The notes under the pieces are model-generated. The model was not told the origin of the DNA. It searched no databases and saw only the letters and a program-made list of their open reading frames with translations. Made by a program: the position numbers and the translations under genes. From Escherichia coli (GTDB lineage Bacteria > Pseudomonadota > Gammaproteobacteria > Enterobacterales > Enterobacteriaceae): 64,000 nucleotides of DNA. Below are positions 20,487 to 32,616 of this stretch, piece by piece; position 1 is the first letter of the stretch; every line of letters begins with the position of its first letter. Where the stretch lies: the NCBI RefSeq assembly GCF_050920415.1, contig NZ_CP169309.1, one strand, 5' to 3'.

Positions 20487-21752
20487 TCAAGCTTCAGCCG
20501 CCAACATCTCTTTCTTACGTTGGCTAATTCGCTTAACCAGCATTACGGAAACCACCGCACCACAGAATGCGAAGCAGGCCATAATGCCAAACACGATTTT
20601 GTAGCCAATAATCCCCGGGTTTAAATCCAGAATGTAGCCATACAGACTGAAGCAGAACATCGCCGGGGCGTAACCGATAAAGCTACCCAACGCCATCGCC
20701 GCGCCTGTTTTATTTTCAGCAATTTTTGCTTCGCCGATAGGTGCAAAAAATACGGCTCGCTGTGTAAAGACTATCGCGCCAAAGCCTAATGTACAGGCCA
20801 TCCCTAAATAGACCGGCATACTTTCGTGCGGCAGCATAATCAACAGTACGAGTGCCGCAGTGCTGATGATAAAGGTGTAGCACAGGTATTTACTTGGTGA
20901 TTTCAGGATCTTATCTGAAATCATGCCACCAATAGGTCCACCGATCATTTTGAGGCAGTATTGGTTAATGATGCCATAAGCCCCCACCAGCGCAACAGGC
21001 AGCAGATAGATGTTTTTCAGGAATGGAATGAAGAATGTCAGGCCACAGTACACCGCGTAAACGAAGAAAACATTGAAAGCGATAAGCCAGATGGTTTTGT
21101 CTTTCAGCACCGAGGTCATACTGGTGTTTTGCGGTGCATCTTCATCTTTTTTCACCTCCACGGACGGTGCCTCTTCTTTGTCATTGAGTACTAAGAAAAT
21201 GATAACGCCCACGGCAATCACAATAAGGGAATAGAACCAGATACCCGCTTTAAAGCCCAACAAGCCACTGCCAAACCAGGTAAATACTGCCAACGCAGAA
21301 AATGCCACCACAGTATCGACAATTCCACGCCCTGTTTCGAAGAAGCCAAACAAACGACCTTGTTGTTCGCTATTGCCCAGTCGACTTACCGACTTGAGCA
21401 AGACAGGCCAGTTCATCATGTCGCAGGTAACGCCAAATAGCGCCCAGACAAAGAGGATGCCCCAATACCCCGGCATTGTCGTCAAATAAACACCCAGTAA
21501 TCCTGTCGCAATGAGTGAGAATGACATGGTGTATCTGCGCGGTAGTTTATCGGCAAAATAAATAGACAGAAAAAAGCCCACTGTGGTGACAAATGAGTTT
21601 ACCGACATAGCATTACCAATTTGACCATTGGTCAAATGGAAATATTCCTGCATCGGGATATAAAACGCATCTTTCAACGACGGTAATTTATAAATTGTAC
21701 CGCCACACAATGTTAATAGACTAAATAACGCCCATTTCTTTTTCGTGAGCAT
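20487..21752 (-). CDS. yihN: MFS transporter
   Basis: 421 aa, 12-TM-like hydrophobic profile. Confidence 0.88.
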   Translation of the reverse strand: MLTKKKWALFSLLTLCGGTIYKLPSLKDAFYIPMQEYFHLTNGQIGNAMSVNSFVTTVGFFLSIYFADKLPRRYTMSFSLIATGLLGVYLTTMPGYWGILFVWALFGVTCDMMNWPVLLKSVSRLGNSEQQGRLFGFFETGRGIVDTVVAFSALAVFTWFGSGLLGFKAGIWFYSLIVIAVGVIIFLVLNDKEEAPSVEVKKDEDAPQNTSMTSVLKDKTIWLIAFNVFFVYAVYCGLTFFIPFLKNIYLLPVALVGAYGIINQYCLKMIGGPIGGMISDKILKSPSKYLCYTFIISTAALVLLIMLPHESMPVYLGMACTLGFGAIVFTQRAVFFAPIGEAKIAENKTGAAMALGSFIGYAPAMFCFSLYGYILDLNPGIIGYKIVFGIMACFAFCGAVVSVMLVKRISQRKKEMLAAEA

Positions 21753-21854
21753 AACATCCCCTAAGCGATTTTGAAAATCACTGTTCTAAAGGCAATAAGA
21801 TACCGGCCATTCTTATGGAATGGTTTTTATTAACAGCGGATGAGTTAAAGCTTA

Positions 21855-22835
21855 TTAGTGGTTCAGAAGATGGCTTGCCTCTTGTTTGATTTGTTGTAGT
21901 ACGTTACGCACATGATTTATCTGATTAATTGCATCTTCTTTTTCTTTACGTAACCGCGCATCCAGTAAATGATTTTCTGGCAATGGTGTTTCACTCATCT
22001 GGCGATAAGGGATCCACGGATTATCATCTTCGTCTTCAAAGCGGAACGCCGGAGCATAATAATCAACCTCTTCTTCCAGGCCATACGCTGTCACCTGCGG
22101 TTCTTCATCGCCAAGGCAGATAAGGTGTGTTAATAACTCTTTGAATGGCATATCACCCTGACCTGAAATACAGGCTTTATGGCCCAGGCCACCTTGTTCT
22201 TTAACAATCAAGGCATCTTTGATATGCACCTGAGTAATATGTGGTGCCATCGTTTTTAAAGCGTCTATGGGATGCTCATTCGCATTGATCATATTCGCAA
22301 AATCAAACAGTAAGGAAAGTGATTTCATCTCACTGTCTTTGACCAGCGACACCAGTTCATGGCTTTTTAAATCTTCATGCTGTTCGATCGTAAAGGTCAG
22401 GCCGCTGTCCTGATACGTTTCCCGAACATAGGCAATATCGTTAGCAATGATCGATAATACGTCGCGTAAATTACCTTCATAACGCGGATAAAAACGCACG
22501 GACGATGCCCCGGTTTTCAACGCAATGGCGACGGCTTCGTCAATAGATGCCTTATCTGAGGCACTGGTTTCAATATGAATATCAAGGTTCAGACGACGAG
22601 CTTTATCACCAAAGGCAGAGAGTTCTTTATCTGCCATATTGCCCAGAGAAAAACGCTCGCCATCCAGAACATGAATTTTGACGCCTCGCAGATTATTTTC
22701 ACTTGCAATATCAAGTAAATCAGCCGGCAATACTCTTTCCAGCCGCATATTTAAATGAAAAGCGTAGGCATGCAAATAAAGAGGAAGAGTATCGACACGT
22801 TGTAGAATCTTTCTTGCGTTATTTATTGTCACCAT
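21855..22835 (-). CDS. yihM: Sugar phosphate isomerase/epimerase (xylose isomerase-like TIM barrel) family protein
   Basis: ORF 21855..22889; 326 aa from internal Met. Confidence 0.8.
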   Translation of the reverse strand: MVTINNARKILQRVDTLPLYLHAYAFHLNMRLERVLPADLLDIASENNLRGVKIHVLDGERFSLGNMADKELSAFGDKARRLNLDIHIETSASDKASIDEAVAIALKTGASSVRFYPRYEGNLRDVLSIIANDIAYVRETYQDSGLTFTIEQHEDLKSHELVSLVKDSEMKSLSLLFDFANMINANEHPIDALKTMAPHITQVHIKDALIVKEQGGLGHKACISGQGDMPFKELLTHLICLGDEEPQVTAYGLEEEVDYYAPAFRFEDEDDNPWIPYRQMSETPLPENHLLDARLRKEKEDAINQINHVRNVLQQIKQEASHLLNH

Positions 22836-22842
22836 AAAACAC

Positions 22843-23553
22843 CTACAGATTAATGATGAGATCCACGGCCTCAAATCGCCAATATTCAATATCTATCTGG
22901 ACAATATTGCCTTGCTGGTCGGCGCGATGTTTTTCAATTAAGATCGCAGGCATGCCCGCTGAACCGCCAAGAAATTTACTGATATCACCCGGCATTCTTA
23001 CGGGTTTGAAAACCAGTTTTTTTACTACCGTCTCTTTTTGGTAGCATTTTTCCCAGACTGAAGAAAATGAGTGGTTTTCAAGTTGCTCTATAAAACCTGG
23101 GGCAACTTCAGGATTAATATATGTTTCGTGATAGAAAACTTTATGTCCTTCCAGCGCCCCCCAGCCGGTAATGCGATAGAGTTCAGTTGATGGCGTCACT
23201 GCAACCAGTGGCGCGAGCGTCTCGGGAATGTCGCTGGTACGGCTTTTCTCAGTAAAGCCCCAGGAAGGTTCCCGCCCTTGCTCAATTGCGGCCCGCTGAA
23301 AGCTCGCCGACAGCTCCGGACTGTAATTAAATCGCGGCTGAGTCACGAACCACCCTTTACGATCCTTACGGAAAATTTTGGATTCTGCCTCAAGGTTCAG
23401 CAACGCCTGGCGTAACGTCATACGTTTAATGCCCAGCAACTCTCCCAGCTCTCTTTCTGAAGGGAGTTTTCCACCCGGCGTGGTGATGCCATCTTTCAAC
23501 CACCGATCCAGTTTCTCTTTTGCATTTTCTACGGTGGATTGATTCTCCGCCAT
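22843..23553 (-). CDS. yihL: GntR-family transcriptional regulator
   Basis: N-terminal HTH (LPSERELGELLGIKRMTLRQAL) GntR signature. Confidence 0.88.
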   Translation of the reverse strand: MAENQSTVENAKEKLDRWLKDGITTPGGKLPSERELGELLGIKRMTLRQALLNLEAESKIFRKDRKGWFVTQPRFNYSPELSASFQRAAIEQGREPSWGFTEKSRTSDIPETLAPLVAVTPSTELYRITGWGALEGHKVFYHETYINPEVAPGFIEQLENHSFSSVWEKCYQKETVVKKLVFKPVRMPGDISKFLGGSAGMPAILIEKHRADQQGNIVQIDIEYWRFEAVDLIINL

Positions 23554-23719
23554 TGTTTAATCCTTTTGGTTTAAACCAGATGAGGCATCTTACGCTTACG
23601 CCAAAAAAGAAAGCAATTAACAGCGTATGACTTTGCAGATAATTGTGACAAAGCTCTCTATTGACGTAACCACAAACTTATAAGGGAGATACTCGCACTG
23701 GTGAGAACTTACGACAGGC

Positions 23720-23752
23720 AAAAAAAAACCTGCCATCGCTGGCAGGTTTTTT
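23720..23752 (-). terminator. Rho-independent terminator downstream of typA (bidirectional hairpin)
   Basis: A-run, hairpin cctgccatcgctggcagg, T-run. Confidence 0.8.
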
Positions 23753-23769
23753 ATGACTAAAAAACGAAA

Positions 23770-25593
23770 TTAATCGTCTTTCGGTGCGCGGTTGGCGCGA
23801 CGACGATCGTTTTCCGTCAGGTGACGTTTACGAATACGGATAGAGGTCGGAGTCACTTCTACCAGTTCGTCATCATCGATGAACTCCAGAGCTTGTTCCA
23901 GCGTCATGCGGATAGGCGGAACCAGAACAACGGCTTCGTCAGTACCGGAAGCACGCATGTTGGTCAGTTTCTTACCGGTCAGGCAGTTTACAGTCAGGTC
24001 GTTAGAACGGCTGTGAATACCGATAATCTGACCTTCGTAAACTTCTGCACCGTGACCGAGGAACAGCTTACCACGGTCCTGCAGACCGAACAGCGCGAAC
24101 GCTACCGCTTTACCCTGACCGTTAGAGATCAGTACGCCGTTCTGACGCTGACCCACTTCACCCGGACGTACGTCGTCGTAGTGGCTGAAGGTGGAGTACA
24201 ACAGACCCGTACCAGAGGTCATGGTCATGAACTCAGAACGGAAGCCAATCAGACCACGGCTTGGGATCACGTAGTCGAGACGTACGCGGCCTTTACCGTC
24301 TGGATTCATGTTTTTCAGGTCGCCTTTTCGTTCGCCAAGCGCCTGCATCACAGAACCCTGATGCTGTTCTTCAACGTCCAGAGTCACGTTTTCATACGGC
24401 TCTTGTTTACGACCGTCAATTTCACGGAAGATAACTTTCGGACGGGATACCGCCAGTTCGAAACCTTCACGACGCATGTTTTCGATCAGAACAGACAGGT
24501 GCAGTTCGCCACGACCAGAAACGCGGAACGCATCGGCGTCTTCAGTTTCTTCTACGCGCAGCGCAACGTTGTGTACCAGTTCTTTGTTCAGACGATCCAG
24601 GATCTGACGAGACGTTACGAACTTACCTTCTTTACCGCAGAACGGCGAGGTGTTAACGCAGAAGAACATAGAAACGGTCGGCTCATCAACGGAGAGTGCC
24701 GGCAGCGCTTCAACGTTTTGCGTGTCGCAAACGGTGTCAGAAATGTTCAGTTCGCCCAGGCCCGTGATCGCCACGATATCGCCAGCTTCCGCCAGATCGG
24801 TTTCGATACGTTCCAGACCGAGGTGGCCCAGCACTTTACCGACTTTCGCGTTGCGGGTTTTGCCTTCGCTATCGATGATAGTAACTTGCTGGTTCGGCTT
24901 CACTTTACCGCGCTTGATGCGGCCAATGCCGATAACGCCAACATAGCTGTTGTAATCGAGCTGAGAAATCTGCATCTGGAACGGACCGTCAAGGTCAACG
25001 TCCGGCGCAGGAACGTGGTCAACAATTGCCTGATACAGCGGGGTCATGTCTTCCGCCATATCTTCGTGGTCCAGACCCGCGATACCGTTCAGCGCAGAAG
25101 CGTAAACGATCGGGAAGTCCAGCTGCTCGTCAGTCGCGTCGAGGTTAACGAACAGGTCGAATACCTGATCCACAACCCAGTCAGGACGCGCGCCAGGGCG
25201 GTCAACTTTGTTGATAACAACAATTGGCTTCAGGCCGTAAGCAAACGCTTTTTTGGTTACGAAGCGCGTTTGCGGCATCGGGCCGTCAAATGCGTCAACC
25301 ACCAGCAGCACTGAGTCTACCATGGACATTACACGTTCAACTTCACCACCGAAGTCGGCGTGCCCCGGGGTATCAACGATGTTGATACGGTAATCATTCC
25401 ATTTGATAGCGGTGTTTTTCGCGAGGATGGTAATCCCACGCTCTTTCTCCAAATCGTTGGAGTCCATCACGCGCTCTTGGGTTTCGGCACGAGAGTCGAA
25501 CGTACCGGATTGTTGGAGCAGCTTGTCTACCAGGGTGGTTTTACCATGGTCTACGTGCGCGATGATGGCGATATTACGCAATTTTTCGATCAC
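23770..25593 (-). CDS. typA: Ribosome-dependent translational GTPase TypA/BipA
   Basis: 607 aa; G1 motif [17 protein letters not shown]. Confidence 0.95.
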   Translation of the reverse strand: MIEKLRNIAIIAHVDHGKTTLVDKLLQQSGTFDSRAETQERVMDSNDLEKERGITILAKNTAIKWNDYRINIVDTPGHADFGGEVERVMSMVDSVLLVVDAFDGPMPQTRFVTKKAFAYGLKPIVVINKVDRPGARPDWVVDQVFDLFVNLDATDEQLDFPIVYASALNGIAGLDHEDMAEDMTPLYQAIVDHVPAPDVDLDGPFQMQISQLDYNSYVGVIGIGRIKRGKVKPNQQVTIIDSEGKTRNAKVGKVLGHLGLERIETDLAEAGDIVAITGLGELNISDTVCDTQNVEALPALSVDEPTVSMFFCVNTSPFCGKEGKFVTSRQILDRLNKELVHNVALRVEETEDADAFRVSGRGELHLSVLIENMRREGFELAVSRPKVIFREIDGRKQEPYENVTLDVEEQHQGSVMQALGERKGDLKNMNPDGKGRVRLDYVIPSRGLIGFRSEFMTMTSGTGLLYSTFSHYDDVRPGEVGQRQNGVLISNGQGKAVAFALFGLQDRGKLFLGHGAEVYEGQIIGIHSRSNDLTVNCLTGKKLTNMRASGTDEAVVLVPPIRMTLEQALEFIDDDELVEVTPTSIRIRKRHLTENDRRRANRAPKDD

Positions 25594-25744
25594 AACTTTG
25601 CCTCAGGCATTAGAAATAGCGCGTTATTGTACACGGATTAATCGCACTACAAAACAGGATCACAAACATCCTCCGCAAACAAGTATTGCAGAGTCCCTTT
25701 GTGATCGCTTTCACGGAGCATAAAAAGGGTTATCCAAAGGTCAT

Positions 25745-25882
25745 TGCACCAATATGGTGCTTAATGTTTCCATTGAAGCACTATATTGGTGCAACATTCA
25801 CATCGTGGTGCAGCCCTTTTGCACGATGGTGCGCATGATAACGCCTTTTAGGGGCAATTTAAAAGTTGGCACAGTTTTCGCT
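25745..25882 (+). promoter_or_regulatory. glnA regulatory region: NtrC enhancer sites and sigma-54 promoter glnAp2
   Basis: TGCACCA-N3-TGGTGC type palindromes at 25745-25761 and 25779-25794; sigma-54 -24/-12 element TTGGCACAGTTTTCGCT at 25866-25882. Confidence 0.85.
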
Positions 25883-25965
25883 TTATCTTTTTTACGGCGA
25901 CACGGCCAAAATAATTGCAGATTTCGTTACCACGACGACCATGACCAATCCAGGAGAGTTAAAGT

Positions 25966-27375
25966 ATGTCCGCTGAACACGTACTGACGATGCTGAACGA
26001 GCACGAAGTGAAGTTTGTTGATTTGCGCTTCACCGATACCAAAGGTAAAGAACAGCACGTCACTATCCCTGCTCATCAGGTGAATGCTGAATTCTTCGAA
26101 GAAGGCAAAATGTTTGACGGCTCCTCGATTGGCGGCTGGAAAGGCATTAACGAATCCGACATGGTGCTGATGCCAGACGCATCCACCGCAGTGATTGACC
26201 CGTTCTTCGCCGATTCTACCCTGATTATCCGTTGCGACATCCTTGAACCTGGCACCCTGCAAGGCTATGACCGTGACCCGCGTTCCATCGCGAAGCGCGC
26301 TGAAGATTACCTGCGTTCTACGGGCATTGCCGACACCGTACTGTTCGGGCCAGAACCTGAATTCTTCCTGTTCGATGACATCCGTTTCGGCGCGTCTATC
26401 TCCGGTTCTCATGTTGCCATCGACGATATCGAAGGTGCATGGAACTCCTCCACCAAATATGAAGGTGGTAACAAAGGTCACCGTCCGGCAGTGAAAGGCG
26501 GTTACTTCCCGGTTCCGCCGGTAGACTCTGCTCAGGATATCCGTTCTGAAATGTGTCTGGTGATGGAACAGATGGGTCTGGTTGTTGAAGCCCATCACCA
26601 CGAAGTTGCAACCGCTGGTCAGAACGAAGTGGCAACCCGCTTCAATACCATGACCAAAAAAGCTGACGAAATTCAGATCTACAAATATGTTGTGCACAAC
26701 GTGGCGCACCGCTTCGGTAAAACCGCGACCTTTATGCCAAAACCGATGTTCGGTGATAACGGCTCCGGTATGCACTGCCACATGTCACTGTCTAAAAACG
26801 GCGTCAACCTGTTCGCGGGCGACAAATATGCAGGTCTGTCTGAGCAGGCGTTGTACTACATTGGCGGCGTAATCAAACACGCTAAAGCAATTAACGCCCT
26901 GGCAAACCCGACCACCAACTCTTACAAGCGTCTGGTCCCGGGCTACGAAGCACCGGTAATGCTGGCTTACTCTGCGCGCAACCGTTCTGCGTCTATCCGT
27001 ATTCCAGTGGTTTCTTCTCCGAAAGCACGTCGTATCGAAGTCCGTTTCCCGGACCCAGCGGCTAACCCGTACCTGTGCTTTGCTGCCCTGCTGATGGCCG
27101 GTCTTGATGGTATCAAGAACAAGATCCACCCAGGCGAAGCCATGGACAAAAACCTGTATGACCTGCCGCCAGAAGAAGCGAAAGAGATCCCACAGGTTGC
27201 AGGCTCTCTGGAAGAAGCACTGAACGAACTGGATCTGGACCGCGAGTTCCTGAAAGCCGGTGGCGTGTTCACTGACGAAGCCATTGATGCGTACATCGCC
27301 CTGCGTCGCGAAGAAAATGACCGCGTGCGTATGACTCCGCATCCGGTAGAGTTTGAGCTGTACTACAGCGTCTAA
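25966..27375 (+). CDS. glnA: Glutamine synthetase
   Basis: 469 aa, [28 protein letters not shown]. Confidence 0.97.
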   Translation: MSAEHVLTMLNEHEVKFVDLRFTDTKGKEQHVTIPAHQVNAEFFEEGKMFDGSSIGGWKGINESDMVLMPDASTAVIDPFFADSTLIIRCDILEPGTLQGYDRDPRSIAKRAEDYLRSTGIADTVLFGPEPEFFLFDDIRFGASISGSHVAIDDIEGAWNSSTKYEGGNKGHRPAVKGGYFPVPPVDSAQDIRSEMCLVMEQMGLVVEAHHHEVATAGQNEVATRFNTMTKKADEIQIYKYVVHNVAHRFGKTATFMPKPMFGDNGSGMHCHMSLSKNGVNLFAGDKYAGLSEQALYYIGGVIKHAKAINALANPTTNSYKRLVPGYEAPVMLAYSARNRSASIRIPVVSSPKARRIEVRFPDPAANPYLCFAALLMAGLDGIKNKIHPGEAMDKNLYDLPPEEAKEIPQVAGSLEEALNELDLDREFLKAGGVFTDEAIDAYIALRREENDRVRMTPHPVEFELYYSV

Positions 27376-27462
27376 TAGTTGAAGTTGTACTACCCGGTGC
27401 TAAGAAGGCCGGGATTTAGTTGCCGTGGAAACTTTCAGCCCATCTCTGCATGGGCTTTTTTC
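27376..27462 (+). ncRNA. glnA 3'UTR with terminator; candidate 3'UTR-derived sRNA (GlnZ-like)
   Basis: Hairpin agccca...tgggct at 27437-27456 followed by TTTTTT; assignment as sRNA is by analogy to reported glnA 3'UTR sRNAs, exact 5' end unknown. Confidence 0.4.
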
Positions 27463-27549
27463 TCCGTCAATTCTCTGATGCTTCGCGCTTTTTATCCGTA
27501 AAAAGCTATAATGCACTAAAATGGTGCAACCTGTTCAGGAGACTGCTTT

Positions 27550-28599
27550 ATGGCAACAGGCACGCAGCCCGATGCTGGGCAGATCCTCAACTCGCTGATT
27601 AACAGTATTTTGTTAATTGATGACAACCTGGCGATCCATTACGCCAACCCCGCCGCGCAACAACTACTCGCCCAAAGCTCCCGCAAATTGTTTGGTACGC
27701 CGTTACCGGAACTGTTGAGCTACTTCTCATTAAATATCGAGCTGATGCAAGAAAGTCTGGAGGCGGGGCAAGGTTTTACCGATAACGAAGTGACGCTGGT
27801 GATCGACGGGCGCTCGCATATCCTTTCTGTGACGGCCCAGCGTATGCCGGACGGCATGATCCTGCTGGAGATGGCACCGATGGATAACCAGCGCCGCTTA
27901 AGTCAGGAACAGCTACAGCACGCCCAGCAGGTTGCTGCCCGTGATTTAGTGCGCGGCCTGGCGCATGAGATTAAAAATCCGCTTGGCGGTTTACGTGGCG
28001 CGGCCCAGTTGCTCAGCAAAGCATTACCTGACCCGTCACTGCTGGAATATACCAAAGTGATTATTGAACAGGCGGATCGGTTGCGAAATCTGGTCGACCG
28101 TCTGTTGGGGCCTCAACTGCCCGGTACGCGCGTTACCGAAAGTATTCACAAAGTGGCTGAACGCGTGGTGACGCTGGTGTCGATGGAACTGCCGGACAAC
28201 GTGCGGTTGATTCGTGATTACGACCCCAGCCTGCCGGAACTGGCGCACGACCCGGATCAAATTGAACAGGTATTGCTGAATATTGTGCGCAATGCGCTAC
28301 AGGCACTGGGGCCGGAAGGTGGTGAAATCATTCTGCGTACCCGCACCGCGTTTCAACTGACCTTACACGGCGAGCGCTATCGGCTGGCAGCGCGGATTGA
28401 TGTGGAAGATAACGGGCCAGGCATTCCGCCTCATTTGCAGGATACGCTGTTTTACCCGATGGTCAGCGGCCGCGAAGGTGGCACCGGGCTTGGCTTATCC
28501 ATCGCCCGTAATTTGATTGATCAGCATTCAGGCAAAATTGAATTTACCAGTTGGCCAGGTCATACCGAGTTCTCGGTTTACCTGCCTATCAGGAAATAA
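27550..28599 (+). CDS. glnL: Nitrogen regulation sensor histidine kinase NtrB
   Basis: 349 aa; H-box [11 protein letters not shown]. Confidence 0.95.
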
Positions 28600-28610
28600 A
28601 GGTGACGTTT

Positions 28611-30020
28611 ATGCAACGAGGGATAGTCTGGGTAGTCGATGACGATAGTTCCATCCGTTGGGTGCTTGAACGTGCGCTCGCTGGAGCGGGTTTAACCTGT
28701 ACGACATTTGAGAACGGCGCAGAAGTACTGGAGGCGCTGGCGAGCAAAACGCCGGATGTGCTGCTTTCAGATATCCGTATGCCGGGAATGGACGGGCTTG
28801 CGCTGCTCAAGCAGATTAAACAGCGCCATCCGATGCTTCCGGTCATCATTATGACCGCACATTCCGATCTGGATGCTGCCGTCAGCGCCTATCAACAAGG
28901 GGCGTTTGATTATCTGCCCAAACCGTTTGATATCGACGAAGCCGTGGCGCTGGTTGAGCGCGCCATCAGCCATTATCAGGAACAGCAGCAACCGCGTAAT
29001 GTTCAGCTTAACGGCCCGACGACCGATATCATCGGCGAAGCGCCAGCCATGCAGGACGTGTTCCGGATTATCGGTCGGCTTTCACGTTCTTCTATTAGCG
29101 TGCTGATTAACGGCGAATCCGGCACCGGTAAAGAACTGGTCGCTCATGCCCTGCATCGCCACAGTCCTCGAGCCAAAGCGCCGTTTATCGCGCTGAATAT
29201 GGCGGCTATCCCGAAGGATTTGATCGAATCAGAACTGTTCGGTCACGAGAAAGGCGCGTTTACCGGCGCGAATACTATTCGTCAGGGGCGTTTTGAACAG
29301 GCCGATGGCGGCACGTTATTCCTCGATGAAATTGGCGATATGCCGCTCGATGTACAGACGCGTTTGCTGCGCGTGCTGGCAGACGGTCAGTTTTATCGCG
29401 TTGGCGGCTATGCGCCGGTGAAAGTGGATGTGCGGATTATCGCTGCGACCCATCAGAATCTCGAACAGCGGGTACAGGAAGGCAAGTTCCGTGAGGATTT
29501 GTTCCACCGCCTGAACGTTATCCGCGTTCATCTGCCGCCGCTGCGTGAGCGTCGGGAAGATATTCCCCGTCTGGCACGCCATTTTTTACAGGTTGCCGCG
29601 CGAGAGCTGGGCGTAGAAGCGAAGTTGCTGCATCCGGAAACCGAAGCCGCGCTGACGCGTCTGGCGTGGCCAGGTAACGTGCGCCAGCTGGAAAACACCT
29701 GTCGCTGGCTAACGGTGATGGCTGCCGGACAGGAAGTGTTGATTCAGGATTTGCCTGGCGAACTGTTTGAATCAAACGTACCGGAAAGCACTTCACACAT
29801 GCAACCGGACAGTTGGGCAACGCTGTTAGCGCAATGGGCAGACAGAGCGCTGCGTTCCGGTCATCAAAATTTGCTTTCCGAAGCGCAGCCTGAGCTTGAG
29901 CGGACGTTACTGACGACCGCGTTGCGACATACGCAGGGGCATAAACAGGAAGCTGCGCGGCTACTTGGCTGGGGGCGTAACACCCTGACGCGGAAGTTAA
30001 AAGAGCTGGGGATGGAGTGA
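28611..30020 (+). CDS. glnG: Nitrogen regulation response regulator NtrC (sigma-54 activator)
   Basis: 469 aa from [15 protein letters not shown]+ GESGTGKE Walker A, GAFTGA motif. Confidence 0.95.
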   Translation: MQRGIVWVVDDDSSIRWVLERALAGAGLTCTTFENGAEVLEALASKTPDVLLSDIRMPGMDGLALLKQIKQRHPMLPVIIMTAHSDLDAAVSAYQQGAFDYLPKPFDIDEAVALVERAISHYQEQQQPRNVQLNGPTTDIIGEAPAMQDVFRIIGRLSRSSISVLINGESGTGKELVAHALHRHSPRAKAPFIALNMAAIPKDLIESELFGHEKGAFTGANTIRQGRFEQADGGTLFLDEIGDMPLDVQTRLLRVLADGQFYRVGGYAPVKVDVRIIAATHQNLEQRVQEGKFREDLFHRLNVIRVHLPPLRERREDIPRLARHFLQVAARELGVEAKLLHPETEAALTRLAWPGNVRQLENTCRWLTVMAAGQEVLIQDLPGELFESNVPESTSHMQPDSWATLLAQWADRALRSGHQNLLSEAQPELERTLLTTALRHTQGHKQEAARLLGWGRNTLTRKLKELGME

Positions 30021-30131
30021 TTCACAGCTTGTGTGTAAAGATTGATTATTGAGCGCAAATTGCTGGTATTTTGCGCTTTACTGTTCCGATAAGTTCAGTA
30101 TGATCTTGCCCGGAAAACGGGGAGAGTCATT

Positions 30132-30236
30132 ATGCTGGAATCAATAATTAATCTGGTATCGAGTGGCGCAGTTGACAGCCACACACCGCAAACTGCCGTT
30201 GCTGCCGTGCTGTGTGCTGCGATGATTGGGCTGTTT
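30132..30236 (+). CDS. Small ORF (34 codons) with GGAGAG RBS between glnG and hemN; possibly yshB
   Basis: ATG at 30132 preceded by GGAGAG; hand translation MLESIINLVSSGAVDSHTANCRCCRAVCCDDWAV; identity with yshB not verified. Confidence 0.3.
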
Positions 30237-30255
30237 AGCTGAAGCTCGTTGTTTA

Positions 30256-30367
<112 letters not shown>

Positions 30368-30477
30368 AAAGCAATAATTTCTACAGGTTTTGTTGCCCAG
30401 CGCATCAGGCAATCTTGTTCTCAGCACATTGATGGCGCTTTCGTTTTCTACTTTGTAAACGAAGCGCCATTCACTAT

Positions 30478-31851
30478 TTAAATCACCCGTGAGAACTGCT
30501 GCATCCGCGCTTTCTGGCGCAGATAGGTATCAAAGCACATGCAAATGTTGCGGATCAGTAAGCGACCTTTCGCCGTTACCTGAATCCCCTTCTCATCCAC
30601 ATCCACCAGCCCATCTTTTGCTAACGGGGCAAGCAGCTTGAGATCTTCTGCAAAGTAGTCAGCGAAGTGCAAATCCCACTGTTGCTCAATGGGGGCATAA
30701 TCCAGACGGAAGTTGCAGATGAGCGACTTAATCACATCGCGACGAATACAGTCATCACGCGTTAGCGCAATACCACGCCACAGCGCATTGCCTTGTTCAT
30801 CCACTTGCTGATAGTACTGCTTCAACTCTTTCTGATTCTGCGCGTAGCAGTCGCCAATCATGCTGATGGCTGAAACGCCCATCCCCAGCAGGTCGGTATC
30901 GCCCTGAGTGGTGTAGCCCTGGAAGTTACGATGCAGCACGCCTTCACGCTGGGCCACCGCCAGCTCGTCATCCGGACGGGCAAAGTGATCCATACCGATA
31001 AACTGATAGCCCGATTGTGTCAGGAAGGCGATGGTTTCCTGCAGGATATCCAGTTTTTGCTGTGGACTCGGCAGGTCAGCATCTTTGATTTTTCGCTGAG
31101 CAGCAAAAATGGTCGGCAGATGCGCATAGTTAAAGACGCTCAGACGATCGGGGTTCAGCTCCGCCACGCGTTTCAGGGTAAAGGCGAAACTCTCCGGCGT
31201 CTGTTTCGGCAGGCCGTAAATCAGGTCGATGTTGGTGGAGGTAAAACCAATCTCACGCGCATGGTTAAGCAGTGCAAAGATGAACTCTTCATCCTGCTCG
31301 CGGTTAACCAGACGTTGCACTTCTTTGTTGAAGTCCTGCACGCCCATGCTCAGGCGATTAAAGCCCTCGGCGCGTAAATGATCGAGTACATCCAGTTCGA
31401 TTTCGCGCGGATCGACTTCGATCGAAATCTCCGCATCGGCATTGAACTGGAAGTTTTCGCGCAGCAGCTTCATCAGCCGGCTGATTTGCGCTTTATTCAG
31501 ATACGTCGGCGTTCCTCCGCCCCAGTGCAATTGGCTGACGTGACGCCCGGCGAACAGCGGTGCACGATGGACGATTTCTTGCTCCAGCGCGTCCAGATAC
31601 TGATCGGCCTTGTGCTGCTGGCGAGTAACAATCTTATTGCAACCGCAGAAGTAACAAAGCTTATGGCAGAACGGAATATGTACGTAGAGAGATAATGGAC
31701 GCTCAGGATAGCGCGCCACGGCTTGTAAAAACGCCTGTTCGCCGAAGTCTTCTGAAAACTCCAGCGCGGTCGGGTACGAGGTGTATCGTGGCCCGGAATA
31801 GTTATATTTCTGGATCAGGGCCAGATCCCAGTCGATTTGCTGTACAGACAT
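30478..31851 (-). CDS. hemN: Oxygen-independent coproporphyrinogen III dehydrogenase (radical SAM)
   Basis: 457 aa; radical-SAM cysteine motif CHKLCYFCGC. Confidence 0.95.
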   Translation of the reverse strand: MSVQQIDWDLALIQKYNYSGPRYTSYPTALEFSEDFGEQAFLQAVARYPERPLSLYVHIPFCHKLCYFCGCNKIVTRQQHKADQYLDALEQEIVHRAPLFAGRHVSQLHWGGGTPTYLNKAQISRLMKLLRENFQFNADAEISIEVDPREIELDVLDHLRAEGFNRLSMGVQDFNKEVQRLVNREQDEEFIFALLNHAREIGFTSTNIDLIYGLPKQTPESFAFTLKRVAELNPDRLSVFNYAHLPTIFAAQRKIKDADLPSPQQKLDILQETIAFLTQSGYQFIGMDHFARPDDELAVAQREGVLHRNFQGYTTQGDTDLLGMGVSAISMIGDCYAQNQKELKQYYQQVDEQGNALWRGIALTRDDCIRRDVIKSLICNFRLDYAPIEQQWDLHFADYFAEDLKLLAPLAKDGLVDVDEKGIQVTAKGRLLIRNICMCFDTYLRQKARMQQFSRVI

Positions 31852-32039
31852 GCTCACTCCTTCCGATGGCGTCTCTGGCGGCTACGGCGTACCGGCGGAT
31901 GCCCGTTTCGGGTCATCAGCCGGTTGCGCAGCCACTTTTGTCGCCGCGACAACCGCTGTAGTTTAACGAATAACCACACCAGATAACATATAACCGGAAG
32001 GGTTATCAGCAGAACGGGAAGGCCCACGGCGGCAATCCG

Positions 32040-32549
32040 TTAGTTGCCCCGCAGCAGACGCATCATGTCTTCTTGCTTCTCGTCTTCTTCCTCTTCTTCG
32101 TCATCGTCATAAGAGAGGCCGAGTTTCTGCATCAACTCATCAATACGATCCAGTTTGGCATCCACCCAGGATTGCTCTTCGGCGCTCAGGGTTTCGCCTG
32201 CCTCCAGACGTTCCAGCAGCGCATCCAGACGCTCATCCGTTTCCAGTAACTCCAACTCCGCCTGCGGTGAAAGCATAGGTTTCTCACTCTTCGGTTTGTG
32301 CTGTTTGGTGACTTTTTCAGTCACGCCCAATGGAATAGGGGTTTTACTGCCAATACGTGGATCTTTCGGTGCGTTCTGGCCTTTGCTGCCTGACGTGGTG
32401 TTACCGCCCGCTGCGCGGCTGCCCGGCGCATGACCACGACGTTTTTTCTGACGCTTACGGTCACGAGCTTCCTGATCCAGCTCCTCGCGTGTTTTTCGAC
32501 GCGCTTTTGCATGACCTTTGCTGCGTGAGTTTGAAGATGATGGTTTCAT
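32040..32549 (-). CDS. yihI: Der GTPase-activating protein YihI
   Basis: 169 aa from [10 protein letters not shown]; highly basic N-terminus, acidic C-terminus. Confidence 0.88.
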   Translation of the reverse strand: MKPSSSNSRSKGHAKARRKTREELDQEARDRKRQKKRRGHAPGSRAAGGNTTSGSKGQNAPKDPRIGSKTPIPLGVTEKVTKQHKPKSEKPMLSPQAELELLETDERLDALLERLEAGETLSAEEQSWVDAKLDRIDELMQKLGLSYDDDEEEEEDEKQEDMMRLLRGN

Positions 32550-32616
32550 AATGGTTCGTCTTTTAGCCGTTTTATTCAGTATAGATTTGCGGCGGAATCT
32601 AACAGAAAGCAAGCAA

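Noticed and set aside
23821-25314. 497-aa plus-strand ORF
   Set aside because: Antisense to the highly conserved typA gene; low-complexity R/V/T/N-rich translation typical of an antisense frame of a GC-balanced gene.
26785-27342. 185-aa minus-strand ORF
   Set aside because: Antisense inside glnA.
28551-28610. Upstream extension of glnG ORF ([10 protein letters not shown]...)
   Set aside because: Overlaps the glnL 3' end in another frame; conserved NtrC begins at [12 protein letters not shown].
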